This document shows, piece by piece, positions 43,870 through 55,194 of a DNA stretch of 64,000 bases (within the stretch, counting starts at the first letter, position 1; each line of letters begins with the position of its first letter). The stretch spans positions 993,589-1,057,588 of the forward strand of contig CBDEUK010000002.1 of the NCBI GenBank assembly GCA_965243205.1. The letters run 5' to 3'. The notes beneath the pieces were generated by a model. That model was not told where the DNA came from and made no database searches. It worked only from the letters and a program-made list of their open reading frames with translations. This DNA is from Gammaproteobacteria bacterium (lineage in GTDB: Bacteria; Pseudomonadota; Gammaproteobacteria; Eutrophobiales; Eutrophobiaceae). Both the position numbers and the translations under genes were made by a program.

Positions 43870-46122
43870 TTAAAATACGTATTTCCCTTCTAAGAAGAAA
43901 GTTCTGAATGGCCAAGGGTGAAATACATAGGCTTCTTCATTAAAAACATTATCCACACCCGCTCCCACTTTAAAATTATTATTCACTCGCCAATTACCTT
44001 TAAGGTTCACAAATACAAAACTATCCTGAGCACCAAAAACGTTGCTTTCTCTATCACTATTGTCTAATTGGCCAAAACTATTCGATGCATAACGTACACT
44101 GGTTGAAACATCGATACTAGAATTGACATTATAGGTTAACAATAAGTTCGAACGCCAATAAGGAATGCGTGGAAATTGTCTTCCTTCTATAGAACGATTC
44201 AATGGATTATCTGTTATTTCAGAATCGGTATACGACATATTATAACGAATATCAAACGGCGAATTAAAAATACCGATTTGATTATAAACAAATTCAACAC
44301 CCGTCGTTTCGACTTCACCGACAGGTAAAGTGGTTGTAATAGTATTATTTGATAAGTCGATTGCACTAAAGGTAAAAATCACATCATCTATGGTTTCATG
44401 GAATATATTCACACGAAAAAAACCACCTTTAATATCCTTTTGAATGAGTAAATTATGGTGGATGCCATCTTCTGGTTCTAAATTTGGATCCGATACAAAT
44501 TGACGAATTCCAGTAGATTCATTTCTAAATAGCTCTTCAACTAAAGGAAAACGTATTGCACGAGCTAATGAATAACGAAGTGTTATGTCATTAGTTGGAA
44601 AAAACACCAATGAAAATTTAGGTGATAAGCCTTGTTCATCACGTTTATCAACTTGTCTTGTTCCAGAAAAACCACCGTTGGCTTGCCAATGCTCATATCG
44701 TAAACCCAAACCCAAATCCCATTGTGGATGAAACTCATAACCAAATTGAGCAAATAAAGCATAAGTATTGGTTTCACCACCACTGAAACTACGTGCACTA
44801 CCTATAAGGTTATTTATAGAGTCGTAGTTATATGGGTTTATAGAAAGCTTATAGCGATCATAATGACCACCGACTGACAGTCGTCCTTTACCATTGCCAA
44901 ATAGATTTTCTGTACCTGCTTTTAAATCTACTGTTTGCCAACCAGTATCATTAGCATCCGTTAAACGGCCACCAAAACCTTGGTTCACAGCTATAAATGT
45001 AGGATCGTTCGGATTACGACCACTGCGAATTTCCTCATCTTTTAGGATTTCGAAATTACTGTAGTACAAATCAAATAACCAATTATCAGAAAGTGGACCA
45101 CTAAACCCTAAACCAAGTAGGAGACTATTTCGTTCTTGATAACGTTCCTGAAATGTTGTTCCACTAATATTTAAGTTTGTACCATTAAAAGTAACCGGAC
45201 CACTCCAAATCGTATTACCTGTTGCATCAGTCAAGAAGCTATTAAGGTCAGATAGATCTCGCTCACGCTCCTCGTATGCTAAAGAAGTTCGGATATGATA
45301 GTCACCTAAGTCATATCCGAACTTTATTTTAAATAGGTCGGTTATTGCTTCTTCAGCACCTGAATCGCCAATATAAAACCCATTATCACCCGTTGCATTC
45401 ACACCACTTAGCGCACCATTAACAACAGTACCGCCTGCACCACTGGCAGAGTTAAAAAATTGAGTCTGTGGCTGACTTTCATTTTGTAAATGATTGTATG
45501 AAGCAAAGATGCTTAAGTTTCCGATCTTATCTTCGAATGATCCAAAGAATTTACCACCTAAGTAATTTTCATCTGTACTTCGAACATCATATTGTTGGGC
45601 AAAGAAATTACCCTCTAGAACAATACGTCGTTCAGTCGGTTCTTTCGTAAGGATATTCACCACACCGCCCATTGAATTACCTGCGTATTCAGCTGAGAAC
45701 GGCCCATAGATCACTTCAATCTCTTCAATTTCATCTGGAGAGACTAACGACCAACGAGGCGCACCTGAAAAACGGGTTTGTAAGTGATAATGAAGTGGTA
45801 AACCATCAGCAAAAACTAGAGAACGATGGCCTTGAAACATATTCGAACCACGGATACCAATCACACCATTTGGATCACCGATAAAACGTTTACGTACAAT
45901 GAGACTAGGTTCTAAAGAAATCGCATCTTCTACTGTTGTCACATTAAAATGTTCAAAATCCTCTGCTGTGATCACCGAAGTTGGACTCACTTGTGTTGTA
46001 TCTTTGAACAATTGTTCACCATAGATAACAACTTCATCTGTCTCAGAATTTGAATAAGCTTGATTATGTTCTGCTTGTGTTAATGCAGACACACATAAAA
46101 GAGAAAAGAAAACTAATCTTTT
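43870..46122 (-). CDS. TonB-dependent outer-membrane receptor
   Basis: Signal peptide, plug domain, beta-barrel, terminal aromatic residue (…KYVF). Confidence 0.85.
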   Translation of the reverse strand, partial: KRLVFFSLLCVSALTQAEHNQAYSNSETDEVVIYGEQLFKDTTQVSPTSVITAEDFEHFNVTTVEDAISLEPSLIVRKRFIGDPNGVIGIRGSNMFQGHRSLVFADGLPLHYHLQTRFSGAPRWSLVSPDEIEEIEVIYGPFSAEYAGNSMGGVVNILTKEPTERRIVLEGNFFAQQYDVRSTDENYLGGKFFGSFEDKIGNLSIFASYNHLQNESQPQTQFFNSASGAGGTVVNGALSGVNATGDNGFYIGDSGAEEAITDLFKIKFGYDLGDYHIRTSLAYEERERDLSDLNSFLTDATGNTIWSGPVTFNGTNLNISGTTFQERYQERNSLLLGLGFSGPLSDNWLFDLYYSNFEILKDEEIRSGRNPNDPTFIAVNQGFGGRLTDANDTGWQTVDLKAGTENLFGNGKGRLSVGGHYDRYKLSINPYNYDSINNLIGSARSFSGGETNTYALFAQFGYEFHPQWDLGLGLRYEHWQANGGFSGTRQVDKRDEQGLSPKFSLVFFPTNDITLRYSLARAIRFPLVEELFRNESTGIRQFVSDPNLEPEDGIHHNLLIQKDIKGGFFRVNIFHETIDDVIFTFSAIDLSNNTITTTLPVGEVETTGVEFVYNQIGIFNSPFDIRYNMSYTDSEITDNPLNRSIEGRQFPRIPYWRSNLLLTYNVNSSIDVSTSVRYASNSFGQLDNSDRESNVFGAQDSFVFVNLKGNWRVNNNFKVGAGVDNVFNEEAYVFHPWPFRTFFLEGKYVF

Positions 46123-46272
46123 CATCAGAATCCCCCAAAATAATATCAAAAACTACAAAGAAATATTTATTGTTATATTTTTTTTAGATAAATATTTGAG
46201 GGAGGGATTATATTGATCAAAAAATATTATGGAATGTGACAAATTGTCGCATCCATTTAAAGAATCATCGAT

Positions 46273-46734
46273 TTAATATTTACAACCTCTGTCATACATC
46301 ACAATACTGCCTGCAACAGCAACATTCAAAGAAAATTCTCCTGGTAATTTAACGACTGACTGACATTCCTCGATAAGTTGTTCAGGCAATCCGCTCATTT
46401 CATTGCCTAATAAATACACAGCACGATGCGGATGTTCAAATTCATTTAATGGAATGGCAGTTTCTCCCATTTCAACAGCAATCAATTGTGAAGAATGAGG
46501 AAGGTTCGATTTTAAATCTTCAAAGCTTTGATAATGATATAACGGAATTCTGGTCCAGGCTTTTGTAGTATCACTGCCTTGTGGAGTATATTTTTTACCA
46601 ACGGTATAAATAAAACTCGCACCTAATAAATATGCCGAACGCCATAAAGTCCCAATGTTATATTCATCACTGGTATGTAAAATCCCTATTCCAAAAAAAC
46701 CGTAGTCATTTTTGATTTCTTTAACTCTGGACAC
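46273..46734 (-). CDS. SPOUT (SpoU/TrmH/TrmL-like) RNA 2'-O-methyltransferase
   Basis: 153 aa. The LNVAVAGSIVMYD motif and the length match TrmL. Confidence 0.7.
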   Translation of the reverse strand: MSRVKEIKNDYGFFGIGILHTSDEYNIGTLWRSAYLLGASFIYTVGKKYTPQGSDTTKAWTRIPLYHYQSFEDLKSNLPHSSQLIAVEMGETAIPLNEFEHPHRAVYLLGNEMSGLPEQLIEECQSVVKLPGEFSLNVAVAGSIVMYDRGCKY

Positions 46735-46746
46735 TATTAATATATT

Positions 46747-48102
46747 TTAATTGTTATTTACTTGGCTAAATGCTGGTGGGCATGGACATAAATAATGAAT
46801 GAGATTATTCATCGCTTTATTATTTGTATTCGATAATGCTCTTAGAATCACAAATATCTTCGCTATTTTATCAGCATTATCCAAAGATGCATCACTTTCA
46901 ATAGTTTTATAAACTCTATCAAACTGAGGTAGACTCGAACCTTCAGAAATAACATTCCAGTTTTGTTTTAACTTACCAAGAATCGACTTTAAATTATTCT
47001 CCAATAATACAGATAACATTTTATCATCCTGAATCAAGGTGTTTTTATAAAACGATTCAAACTGATTAAATAACACTTTATCGTATTTACCTTCAGTATT
47101 GCCAATTGACAAACACATACCTTTTAATAAGGCTAATGCTAATGTTGTGTTTTTCTGTTGTTGATAAAAATGATTGAATAATTCACAAAGACCAGAAATT
47201 TGTGCATAAATAGGTACAGTGACTTTACCATCTTTATCAAGCACCATAGGATGTTCTCTTGATGCTAATGGACCACTCGCATCAATAAACTCATGTTGTT
47301 TCAAAATGGAATCTAACACTTCTGAACTAAGGCTTTTTGAAACAGCACTTTTTTTATTAGCATCATTAATAATTCGGTAGCTAACCAATGGGTGCAATAA
47401 CTCATAATTTTCAACATCCTTTGATAGTCTTGAATAACCGATATCCTTAAACACCAACATGCTGATTAAGTTTTTCAAATCTTCATTATTAAAACCTGAG
47501 ATTGTTTTAGAAAAACTGATCGCCAACATTAATGACGCCATATTAGTATCATATTTATCAGACCAATCACTGTGTGCAAAATCATCCAGATAATTTAATA
47601 CATTTGGTGATACGGTTAATTGTTCAATAACAGATTCAACCAACTTTATATTCTCCTGCATTTCAGCAGGATCAAGATAATCATACTTAGCCGCTATCTC
47701 ATCTATTTTTTCTTCAGTATCACTCCAATCAAATTTTTTATCCGATGAATAATTCGTCGCGATATCAGATATCGACGCTTTTTGGCAATTCGCCTCTAAC
47801 TGATCAAGAAAATCGGCGGTTAGCTCCTTTTTTAAGAAGAAATATTTATTGGTTAATTTATGAAAATAGAGAGGCTTATCGATGATAGAGGGCACAAATT
47901 TTTCTGGTATTTCCAAGCCTTTATCAATGTAAGGTGATTGGTTCTCCAGAAAATTCGAATCCGCCATATTGTATTTACTGAGATCGGTAATCAACCAAAT
48001 CGGAACCAGTACACTGTTCGATTTTGAAAAGATCTTTTCCCTAAACCCAGCCTCAGTCTGCGCAAACGCAGACTCCACTAGGTCGTCATACTTATTATCC
48101 AT
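46747..48102 (-). CDS. hypothetical protein
   Basis: 451 aa ORF; no family recognised. Confidence 0.5.
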   Translation of the reverse strand: MDNKYDDLVESAFAQTEAGFREKIFSKSNSVLVPIWLITDLSKYNMADSNFLENQSPYIDKGLEIPEKFVPSIIDKPLYFHKLTNKYFFLKKELTADFLDQLEANCQKASISDIATNYSSDKKFDWSDTEEKIDEIAAKYDYLDPAEMQENIKLVESVIEQLTVSPNVLNYLDDFAHSDWSDKYDTNMASLMLAISFSKTISGFNNEDLKNLISMLVFKDIGYSRLSKDVENYELLHPLVSYRIINDANKKSAVSKSLSSEVLDSILKQHEFIDASGPLASREHPMVLDKDGKVTVPIYAQISGLCELFNHFYQQQKNTTLALALLKGMCLSIGNTEGKYDKVLFNQFESFYKNTLIQDDKMLSVLLENNLKSILGKLKQNWNVISEGSSLPQFDRVYKTIESDASLDNADKIAKIFVILRALSNTNNKAMNNLIHYLCPCPPAFSQVNNN

Positions 48103-48219
48103 GTCAAACTCCTAAACTTTCAACAATAATAAAGCAAACCAACTATTACATAGGGTTAAAGTTCCGTAATGAATTACACAAATTCTGAACCCTATTCCAA
48201 TAATATAGACTAACCATTC

Positions 48220-48810
48220 ATGAATGTAATGAACTTAGCAAAAAAAGCATCGGCAAATATATTAATTCCTTTAGCTATATTATTGCTTGTTTCAGGCTGT
48301 GCAAATAACTTACCAAAAACAATTAACGATGCGCCAGTGCCTGACATTCAATATACTAACATCAAGGAAAATTTAGAAAAAAATACAGGAAAAAATGTAC
48401 GTTGGGGTGGGAAAATCATCTCAGTAGAAAACACCCAACAAACTTCAAGAATTGAAATCTTGAGTATGCCATTAGACTACGCAGGTGAACCAATACCCAA
48501 TGATGATTACCAAGGACGCTTCCTAGCCGATGTGGATGAATTTATTGATGAAGAACATTACAAAAACAAAACGATTACTATCTACGGAACCATCGATTCA
48601 AGCATCATCAAACCCATCAACGAACATGATTACGAATATCCAATCATCACTGTAACTGAATTTCATATCTGGCCAAAACGACTATCCCGTGTTGAACGAT
48701 ATCCCTACTATGATCCATTCTTCTATCCTAGATTCTACGGAAGATTCAATCGCTTCCCTTACCATCCCTATTATCGTTTCCGTTCACGTTTTGGATTTTA
48801 TGGTTGGTAA
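48220..48810 (+). CDS. Slp-family outer-membrane lipoprotein with aromatic/Arg-rich C-terminal tail
   Basis: Lipobox LLVSGC; VRWGGKII Slp motif; tail YPYYDPFFYPRFYGRFNRFPYHPYYRFRSRFGFYGW. Confidence 0.6.
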   Translation: MNVMNLAKKASANILIPLAILLLVSGCANNLPKTINDAPVPDIQYTNIKENLEKNTGKNVRWGGKIISVENTQQTSRIEILSMPLDYAGEPIPNDDYQGRFLADVDEFIDEEHYKNKTITIYGTIDSSIIKPINEHDYEYPIITVTEFHIWPKRLSRVERYPYYDPFFYPRFYGRFNRFPYHPYYRFRSRFGFYGW

Positions 48811-48843
48811 AAAATATAACTGCTTTTATCTTAGTTATAATAA

Positions 48844-49365
48844 TTATTGCTCACCAAATATATCAGAAAATATTTTAGTCAGATTAGCTCCTGATATCTC
48901 ACCTTTAAAGCAACTATGACCTAAATTATCTTTGATACCGTAACATTGAGCTACATTGGATTCGCCAAACAATTCGTTTAATTCCGACTGAATACTATTA
49001 AATACATTTTTAGTCACCGGAGAATAAGACGTTGACATAAGAATAATATTTTCTTCAGAGACTTCGACATCAATTCTAATGTATCTATCCTTATATAGCC
49101 GCTTAAATGTATTAACCCGAGAATAGTTTAGAAGTGGCGAGTGCCATTGGTCATCACCTTCAAATCCCATATTAAAAAACAGGTCTTCTAGATTGTCTCC
49201 AACGGTATAATTAGATTCATCATATAAACTAGGTTGATAGTCAACCTTATATACTTGCCAATAACCAAAAGCAGAACTACTCATAGTACCGCTTATTCCA
49301 CCAGCGCAGGCCGAGAGCATTAATGCAGCGATAAAAGAAATGATAATAATACGTAACATACCCAA
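48844..49365 (-). CDS. hypothetical lipoprotein
   Basis: Lipobox MLSAC; 173 aa. Confidence 0.45.
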   Translation of the reverse strand: MGMLRIIIISFIAALMLSACAGGISGTMSSSAFGYWQVYKVDYQPSLYDESNYTVGDNLEDLFFNMGFEGDDQWHSPLLNYSRVNTFKRLYKDRYIRIDVEVSEENIILMSTSYSPVTKNVFNSIQSELNELFGESNVAQCYGIKDNLGHSCFKGEISGANLTKIFSDIFGEQ

Positions 49366-49428
49366 ACTTTAGCTGTGTTTGGTATGTTATTGCAAGCTAA
49401 GATAACGACAAAACTTTAAAAATTAATT

Positions 49429-49983
49429 TTAATACCATCTTGTTTTTTCAAATGCATCCAAACAAGCTTGATTTTCTTTTGGTACTTTATTATCAAATTT
49501 AGCAATGAGATCTTTTTTGTAACTATTTCGTCCATTCTCAATGATTTCATAAACATCGGTTGTACAACCACCAAAACTTATAGAATAATTTAGCTCATAA
49601 TCTTTGCCCTCATCCATATGAAGATTAACCAAGCTACCACATGAAAAGGTTCCACCAACATTTGATCTATCGCCATCAAACATAACCGTTAATGGCTTTG
49701 TTGAATCGACCTTGAATTCTTTAAAAGCATTCTTATGATAATCGCCTAAAGGCATATCAAGGCTCTTAGGATCGCTATTCACAAAATAACCTTTTCTTAA
49801 CCGCATCCATTCTTGCTCATCTGAGCAATTCATATCTGAATAATAACGGACAACTGTAATGCTGTTAGAATCTGTCACAAACCGTACATTAGCCGTTGGC
49901 CCAGATTCAGGCTCTTGATAACTAATTGAAGCACAGCCTGTCATTAACACTAAAAGAAAACTCAAATAGATAATATGTTTCAA
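49429..49983 (-). CDS. hypothetical lipoprotein
   Basis: Lipobox LMTGC; 184 aa. Confidence 0.45.
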   Translation of the reverse strand: MKHIIYLSFLLVLMTGCASISYQEPESGPTANVRFVTDSNSITVVRYYSDMNCSDEQEWMRLRKGYFVNSDPKSLDMPLGDYHKNAFKEFKVDSTKPLTVMFDGDRSNVGGTFSCGSLVNLHMDEGKDYELNYSISFGGCTTDVYEIIENGRNSYKKDLIAKFDNKVPKENQACLDAFEKTRWY

Positions 49984-50194
49984 CTCATCTCTCCATCAAT
50001 CTAAATTCTAAAAAACTAAGATTTATTCGTTAGTAATAAATACTTTATCTTATATCGTGTTAATGGATTTTATCTTTAAGATTTATTTCTATTTAACAGC
50101 AGGTTTATACAAAAATTGATTGTTAGCCGATCGGTAGATAGTATAATAACATTACTTTATCGTTATAAAGTTTAGCTAAACAACAAATGGAGAA

Positions 50195-50584
50195 TTGAAT
50201 ATGATTACATATGATTGTAAAAAAAGCCCTGAGCAATTTAATAACAACATTTATCCAATCCACTCAGCAAGCAAAGCAAATTATTTAAGAGAAGAAACGG
50301 ACGACTACCATACCGGTTCATCAAAAGACCAAACACTAATTCAAGCTTTACAACAATCTGAACTTAAAGCACTGCGCAAAACCGCTTCTGGTCAAATCGC
50401 TCGTCTCTATCAAGTAGCCAACCTATTTACCCAAGACGATCCAGTTAATTTCACAGCCACTGAACTAAACCAACTCAAGCAAGATATACAAAACGCGACA
50501 GCTGAACTTGAAAATACTCTACACGCAATCACTAACCCACTCATCGATGATCCCGAACCAGGAGAAGATGAAATAGCTAGATAA
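50195..50584 (+). CDS. hypothetical protein
   Basis: 129 aa ORF followed by a terminator. Confidence 0.45.
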   Translation: MNMITYDCKKSPEQFNNNIYPIHSASKANYLREETDDYHTGSSKDQTLIQALQQSELKALRKTASGQIARLYQVANLFTQDDPVNFTATELNQLKQDIQNATAELENTLHAITNPLIDDPEPGEDEIAR

Positions 50585-50595
50585 TCATCAGACAC

Positions 50596-50633
50596 AAAAA
50601 AACCGGAGTGATTTACATAACTCCGGTTTTTTT
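50596..50633. terminator. bidirectional rho-independent terminator
   Basis: A7-CCGGAG-loop-CTCCGG-T7. Confidence 0.7.
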
Positions 50634-51887
50634 AAGGTATTCTTTTATGCTGTATATAGGAATCTCCTTATTCTCAAATATAAATTCTTGATGTGTGGTT
50701 GGTTCTCTAGTTGCTAATTGGATTTGGCCGGTCAATAAAATTCTTTCATTCGTTGTATCTATTTTAAGTGTGCCTTTTATAGTTTTTTCGATACTGTCTG
50801 GCCCACCAAAATTATTAATTAAATGTACATTATTATTGTCTAACATTGAGATAGTAAGTTTTTTAGAAATAAGCTCATCTAATTTTATAACAACTTGTAC
50901 AGCGCCTCCGACATGATTACTCCATGGTCCTTTCGGTACATTAGAAGCACCCATCTCAAGAAAAATTAAATACTTTCCTTTGCTATTACGAAGATCATTA
51001 CCACCTGTCCAACCAGATGCTTCTCTTGCTAGAGTCGCATCCTTCACAATCGAAAAATCAGTCAATGGGATCTTTACTGGAATACTTAAATATCTAGTTA
51101 AAAATACATCAAAATCATCTTCAGAAAATGATGGTGTATCTGACTTTAACGATTCAAGACGTTTAATTTCGCTAGTATACTTTTCAATAAATGAAATACG
51201 ATCGGAAATCGCTGCTATATCTTCTTGTTCTAGCTTATTATATTTCAGGATAAGTTCATATTTTCTCCAGAACTCATCGAAAGGGAAATTGGTTTCATTC
51301 TGAACGACACCATTTTTCACCTGTACTAGGCTAACTTCGGTAGGCTCTAATATCTTATATGTCTTCTTCTCATAAGGGCTTCTATATTCTTTCAATATTC
51401 GTTTATTAAAAATCTCAAGGTTACCTGAATACCAACTAGCAAATACTCTATTATCTGTATCTATCTCGTTTGTAAAAATTTCTGTCATTACCTGTTTTGA
51501 TAATTTTTCTAATTCTGCATCTGTATTTTTATCTGAAAAAGCTTGATCAGATCGTTTAATACCTACCAGATAAAGTTTATTATCTTTAATTTCCCAATCA
51601 GCAACATGGCCCCGATAGTTTGCAGTACTTGATGCACTAAAAGGTGATTCTTCTGATTCATCACGAAAATATATTTCCAATGGACTGGGATATGCCCAGT
51701 GAGTAACTAACTCATTTTTTTCTCCTTGATAAAAGATAACATCATTTATTTGAGGAGTAGCCTGAACAGACAATATAGAAAAGAAATATAAAATAAATAT
51801 GCTCACCAAACCTAAATAGAATTGAATTTGAAAAATACTTATTCTGCAAGAATTTAAACTGTTATAGCTGTCATTGGTTAATCTCAT
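50613..51887 (-). CDS. hypothetical membrane-anchored protein
   Basis: 424 aa with N-terminal TM. Confidence 0.45.
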   Translation of the reverse strand: MRLTNDSYNSLNSCRISIFQIQFYLGLVSIFILYFFSILSVQATPQINDVIFYQGEKNELVTHWAYPSPLEIYFRDESEESPFSASSTANYRGHVADWEIKDNKLYLVGIKRSDQAFSDKNTDAELEKLSKQVMTEIFTNEIDTDNRVFASWYSGNLEIFNKRILKEYRSPYEKKTYKILEPTEVSLVQVKNGVVQNETNFPFDEFWRKYELILKYNKLEQEDIAAISDRISFIEKYTSEIKRLESLKSDTPSFSEDDFDVFLTRYLSIPVKIPLTDFSIVKDATLAREASGWTGGNDLRNSKGKYLIFLEMGASNVPKGPWSNHVGGAVQVVIKLDELISKKLTISMLDNNNVHLINNFGGPDSIEKTIKGTLKIDTTNERILLTGQIQLATREPTTHQEFIFENKEIPIYSIKEYLKKTGVM

Positions 51888-52166
51888 TTTAATAATCCTC
51901 CATTAAAAAACTTTATTTTTATCAACGTCCCTTTTTCAATTCCTATATGATTGATAATAATATTCTCTATAAGTCAAAACCATATCGAAATGTAAAAATA
52001 ATGTATTTATATTGTATAAATAATGTTTATTGAATTATTAATAAGATATAGAGTATTAAAATTTTTTTACTTATACATTTATAGTTGAGGATTATCATAA
52101 TTAAATAGCTCTGCTCCTTTTAATAATTCTCTATATAAATGCATACATTAAAAACATTTTTAATTG

Positions 52167-53204
52167 TTAATCAGGCGTTTGGTTTTGTTTCATACGATGT
52201 TCCCAACGACGGCGAGCATGACGGCGCATATTCGGAATGTCATCGGTTTCATCCATGATGGTTAATCCTAGTATTGATTCAAAAATATCTTCCATTGTAA
52301 TTAAACCGAGCCATGTACCATATTCATCAAAAACCAGTGCCATGTGTTGATGTTCTTTCAGTAATGAAGTGAGTGCAGATTCGGCCGAATCTGTTTCTTT
52401 AAATATCTGAATCGTACTCATCAATTCGCTTATGGGTGTATCGGGTTCAGCATCCAATAATTCATTACGAAAGACGATACCCTTTGGATTTTCTTCATCT
52501 AAAACCGGATAGCGTGAAAAAGAAGTTTCTCGTAACAGCTTTTTAGCATCACCCGCCGTACTATTTTGCTTTATATATTGGCAGACCGTACGTGGTGTTA
52601 AGATGCTTTTTAATTCCATCTCATGTAAATCGAGTATGTTTGAAATAACTCGCTGCTCATCTTCGTCCAACATCTTTCGTTCACGTCCCAACTTAGTCAG
52701 CGCCTTAATTTGATAACGGATATCGGTTTTTGGTGCTTCCTTACCTAAAGAACGTGTGATGACATCTGAAAGCATAATGAAAGGTTTCAGCATTACGATC
52801 ATGCCATTGAGGATAGGCGGTAGAAATGGTGCCAGTTTAACCCAGTATTTAGCGCCGAGTGTTTTCGGGATAATTTCAGACAGTATTAATACTAAAAACG
52901 TTAGGATTGCAGATGAAGCTGCTAGATACCCATCACCAAAAACAATCGCAACTTGTGCTCCCACACCTGCAGCGCCAAAAGTATGAGCTACGGTATTTAA
53001 AGTCAGTATTGCCGCTAACGGCTGATCGATACGTTCCTTGAGATCATCAAGACTCTTATATAACTTTGGCTGTGTTTCCTTGAGGCTAACAATGTAACTT
53101 GGTGTAATGGATAACAACACAGCCTCTAGTACAGAACAAAGAAACGATATACCGATAGCAAGAGAGGCAAACGCAATTAATAGAGTCATTAGTGGTGAAA
53201 ACAA
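52167..53204 (-). CDS. CNNM/HlyC-CorC family transporter (DUF21 + CBS pair)
   Basis: N-terminal DUF21 membrane domain, CBS domains, C-terminal basic tail. Confidence 0.8.
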   Translation of the reverse strand: MFSPLMTLLIAFASLAIGISFLCSVLEAVLLSITPSYIVSLKETQPKLYKSLDDLKERIDQPLAAILTLNTVAHTFGAAGVGAQVAIVFGDGYLAASSAILTFLVLILSEIIPKTLGAKYWVKLAPFLPPILNGMIVMLKPFIMLSDVITRSLGKEAPKTDIRYQIKALTKLGRERKMLDEDEQRVISNILDLHEMELKSILTPRTVCQYIKQNSTAGDAKKLLRETSFSRYPVLDEENPKGIVFRNELLDAEPDTPISELMSTIQIFKETDSAESALTSLLKEHQHMALVFDEYGTWLGLITMEDIFESILGLTIMDETDDIPNMRRHARRRWEHRMKQNQTPD

Positions 53205-53284
53205 TTCCTCGGTTTAAACAATGTTTCCATGCTACACAACATAATCAAGTTCGGCAATGAATGACCCTGTTCCTTTTAGACATC

Positions 53285-53656
53285 CTATATAAACGCATAT
53301 ATTAAAAACATTCCAAAGCCTAGTGAAAAAACACCCACAATGCGTCCATACGGTTTAAATTTAACCATTACCCATAACACTAATTTTTCAAATGTTTTTC
53401 GGCCTATAGCAAGTAAAACAACAGCAGCAATAATCATTATCCATCCGAGGATAGAAATCACTAATGGGAAATTAGAAAAATCAGCCATATAAATAAGAAG
53501 CCCACCAAAAATTAATCTCACAACAACAGCGGTTATATATATCCAAAGTTTCTGAATATTTTTACTAAGAAAATTAAAAATGAGCTCCGGTTGAACAACC
53601 AGTAACAACCCTGCAAGAGTAAGAAAACCACCCAATAGATAAATTAAGTTCGTCAT
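53285..53656 (-). CDS. small hypothetical membrane protein
   Basis: 123 aa with 4 TM helices. Confidence 0.45.
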   Translation of the reverse strand: MTNLIYLLGGFLTLAGLLLVVQPELIFNFLSKNIQKLWIYITAVVVRLIFGGLLIYMADFSNFPLVISILGWIMIIAAVVLLAIGRKTFEKLVLWVMVKFKPYGRIVGVFSLGFGMFLIYAFI

Positions 53657-53713
53657 CTCTAAACTCCTTTAGTAATAAAAGGATATGTCACTATTAATTA
53701 TAGGACTCAATCT

Positions 53714-54574
53714 CTAAGTATTCACTTTATTTATGAACCAACCAAACAATGCTCCAGTAAAAAACATAATGAGAGAGTAAGTAACCGATGGGATCATCAT
53801 TGTATTATTACCAATCAATGTCCCAGCTACCACTAATGCTAAAGTACCATTCTGAATCCCTACTTCAAAACCAATACAGATTGATTGTTTCTTATTAAGC
53901 TTAGCCCTGTTTGCAAGCAGATAACCTAACATTAAAACGACTATATTAAGCACCAAAGTGGCTACGCCTGCTTGGGCAAAAAAGCTCAGCATATTGTCAG
54001 AATTCTTCATTACAATTAAAGCAATGATCAAAAACAAGAAAAAGATTGAAAACCATTTCAGTACATTTTCTATTTTCTTAGCTAAGACTGGAAAGCGTGA
54101 TAAAGCAAACATACCTAAAGCGATCGGAATCACTGTGATGACCAATAGCTGAACAATCGTTTTAATCACAGGCAATTCAAACTCCGTACTACTATCCATA
54201 AAGTACATCATGCTTAAAGACGCAAGCAAAGGAATGGTGAAAGGCGTAATCAAACTAGTCAGTACCGTCAAACTCACCGAGAGCGAAACATCACCTTTAA
54301 ATAAATAAGTAAACATATTCGACGTTGCTCCACCAGGCGCTAAAGCAATAATGATCAAACCAACGGCTAATTCAGCAGGCAATTGAAAAGTTAACGCAAG
54401 AATAAAGGCAATGATAGGTAGTAACATTAATTGCCCAATTAACCCAATCACAACGGCCTTAGGATAAGCAAAAATGTTTTTAAAATCGGCTATCTTTAAA
54501 GAGATACCAATACCGAACATAATCAAAAACAATGACAACGGTAGAATAACTTTAGTTAATACGTCAGCTTGCAT
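53714..54574 (-). CDS. bile acid:sodium symporter (BASS) family transporter
   Basis: 286 aa polytopic protein with BASS-like helices (ALAPGGATSNMFTY). Confidence 0.75.
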   Translation of the reverse strand: MQADVLTKVILPLSLFLIMFGIGISLKIADFKNIFAYPKAVVIGLIGQLMLLPIIAFILALTFQLPAELAVGLIIIALAPGGATSNMFTYLFKGDVSLSVSLTVLTSLITPFTIPLLASLSMMYFMDSSTEFELPVIKTIVQLLVITVIPIALGMFALSRFPVLAKKIENVLKWFSIFFLFLIIALIVMKNSDNMLSFFAQAGVATLVLNIVVLMLGYLLANRAKLNKKQSICIGFEVGIQNGTLALVVAGTLIGNNTMMIPSVTYSLIMFFTGALFGWFINKVNT

Positions 54575-54707
54575 GAATCACCCCAATAGTTAGATTTTTT
54601 ATTTTTCTATATCTCTTTCTATATATCCCATTAGAGATATATTAAACATTTTCTTATGTATTTATTATTAATGCCAATATTTTTACATTACAAACGAGAT
54701 ATTAATA

Positions 54708-55178
54708 ATGAATTCAAGACAATCTTTAAAAAGATTACAACTAAGTTTAGCTGGTATTTTTTCCTTATTACTAGTAACAAACATAGCATTAGCTGAAAAC
54801 TCTACTGATGCAACAGAAATTGAAATCGTAAATCAAAATTTTGAAATGGCAATGAACACAGGGAATGCGTCTGGCCTTGCCGCTATCTACACTGCAGATG
54901 GTCAATTACTTCCACCAAACAATTCTATTATTTCAGGTCAAGATAATATTCGAACCTTTTGGCAAGGCGCAATCGAGCAAGGAATAGCCAATGCTGAATT
55001 GGATACTATTGAACTTGAAATATTAGGTGATACAGCGAATGAAATTGGGCGCTTTACTTTAAAGGCACAAAATGGCGATGTGATAGATACTGGAAAATAT
55101 ATTGTTATTTGGAAAAAAGAAAATGGAAATTGGAAATACCATCGTGATATGTGGAGCAGTTCAAACCCTGTTAAATAA
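54708..55178 (+). CDS. secreted SnoaL-like/NTF2-fold protein (DUF4440-like)
   Basis: Signal peptide plus NTF2-like fold hallmarks. Confidence 0.5.
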   Translation: MNSRQSLKRLQLSLAGIFSLLLVTNIALAENSTDATEIEIVNQNFEMAMNTGNASGLAAIYTADGQLLPPNNSIISGQDNIRTFWQGAIEQGIANAELDTIELEILGDTANEIGRFTLKAQNGDVIDTGKYIVIWKKENGNWKYHRDMWSSSNPVK

Positions 55179-55194
55179 TAAAAAGGAAATCAAT

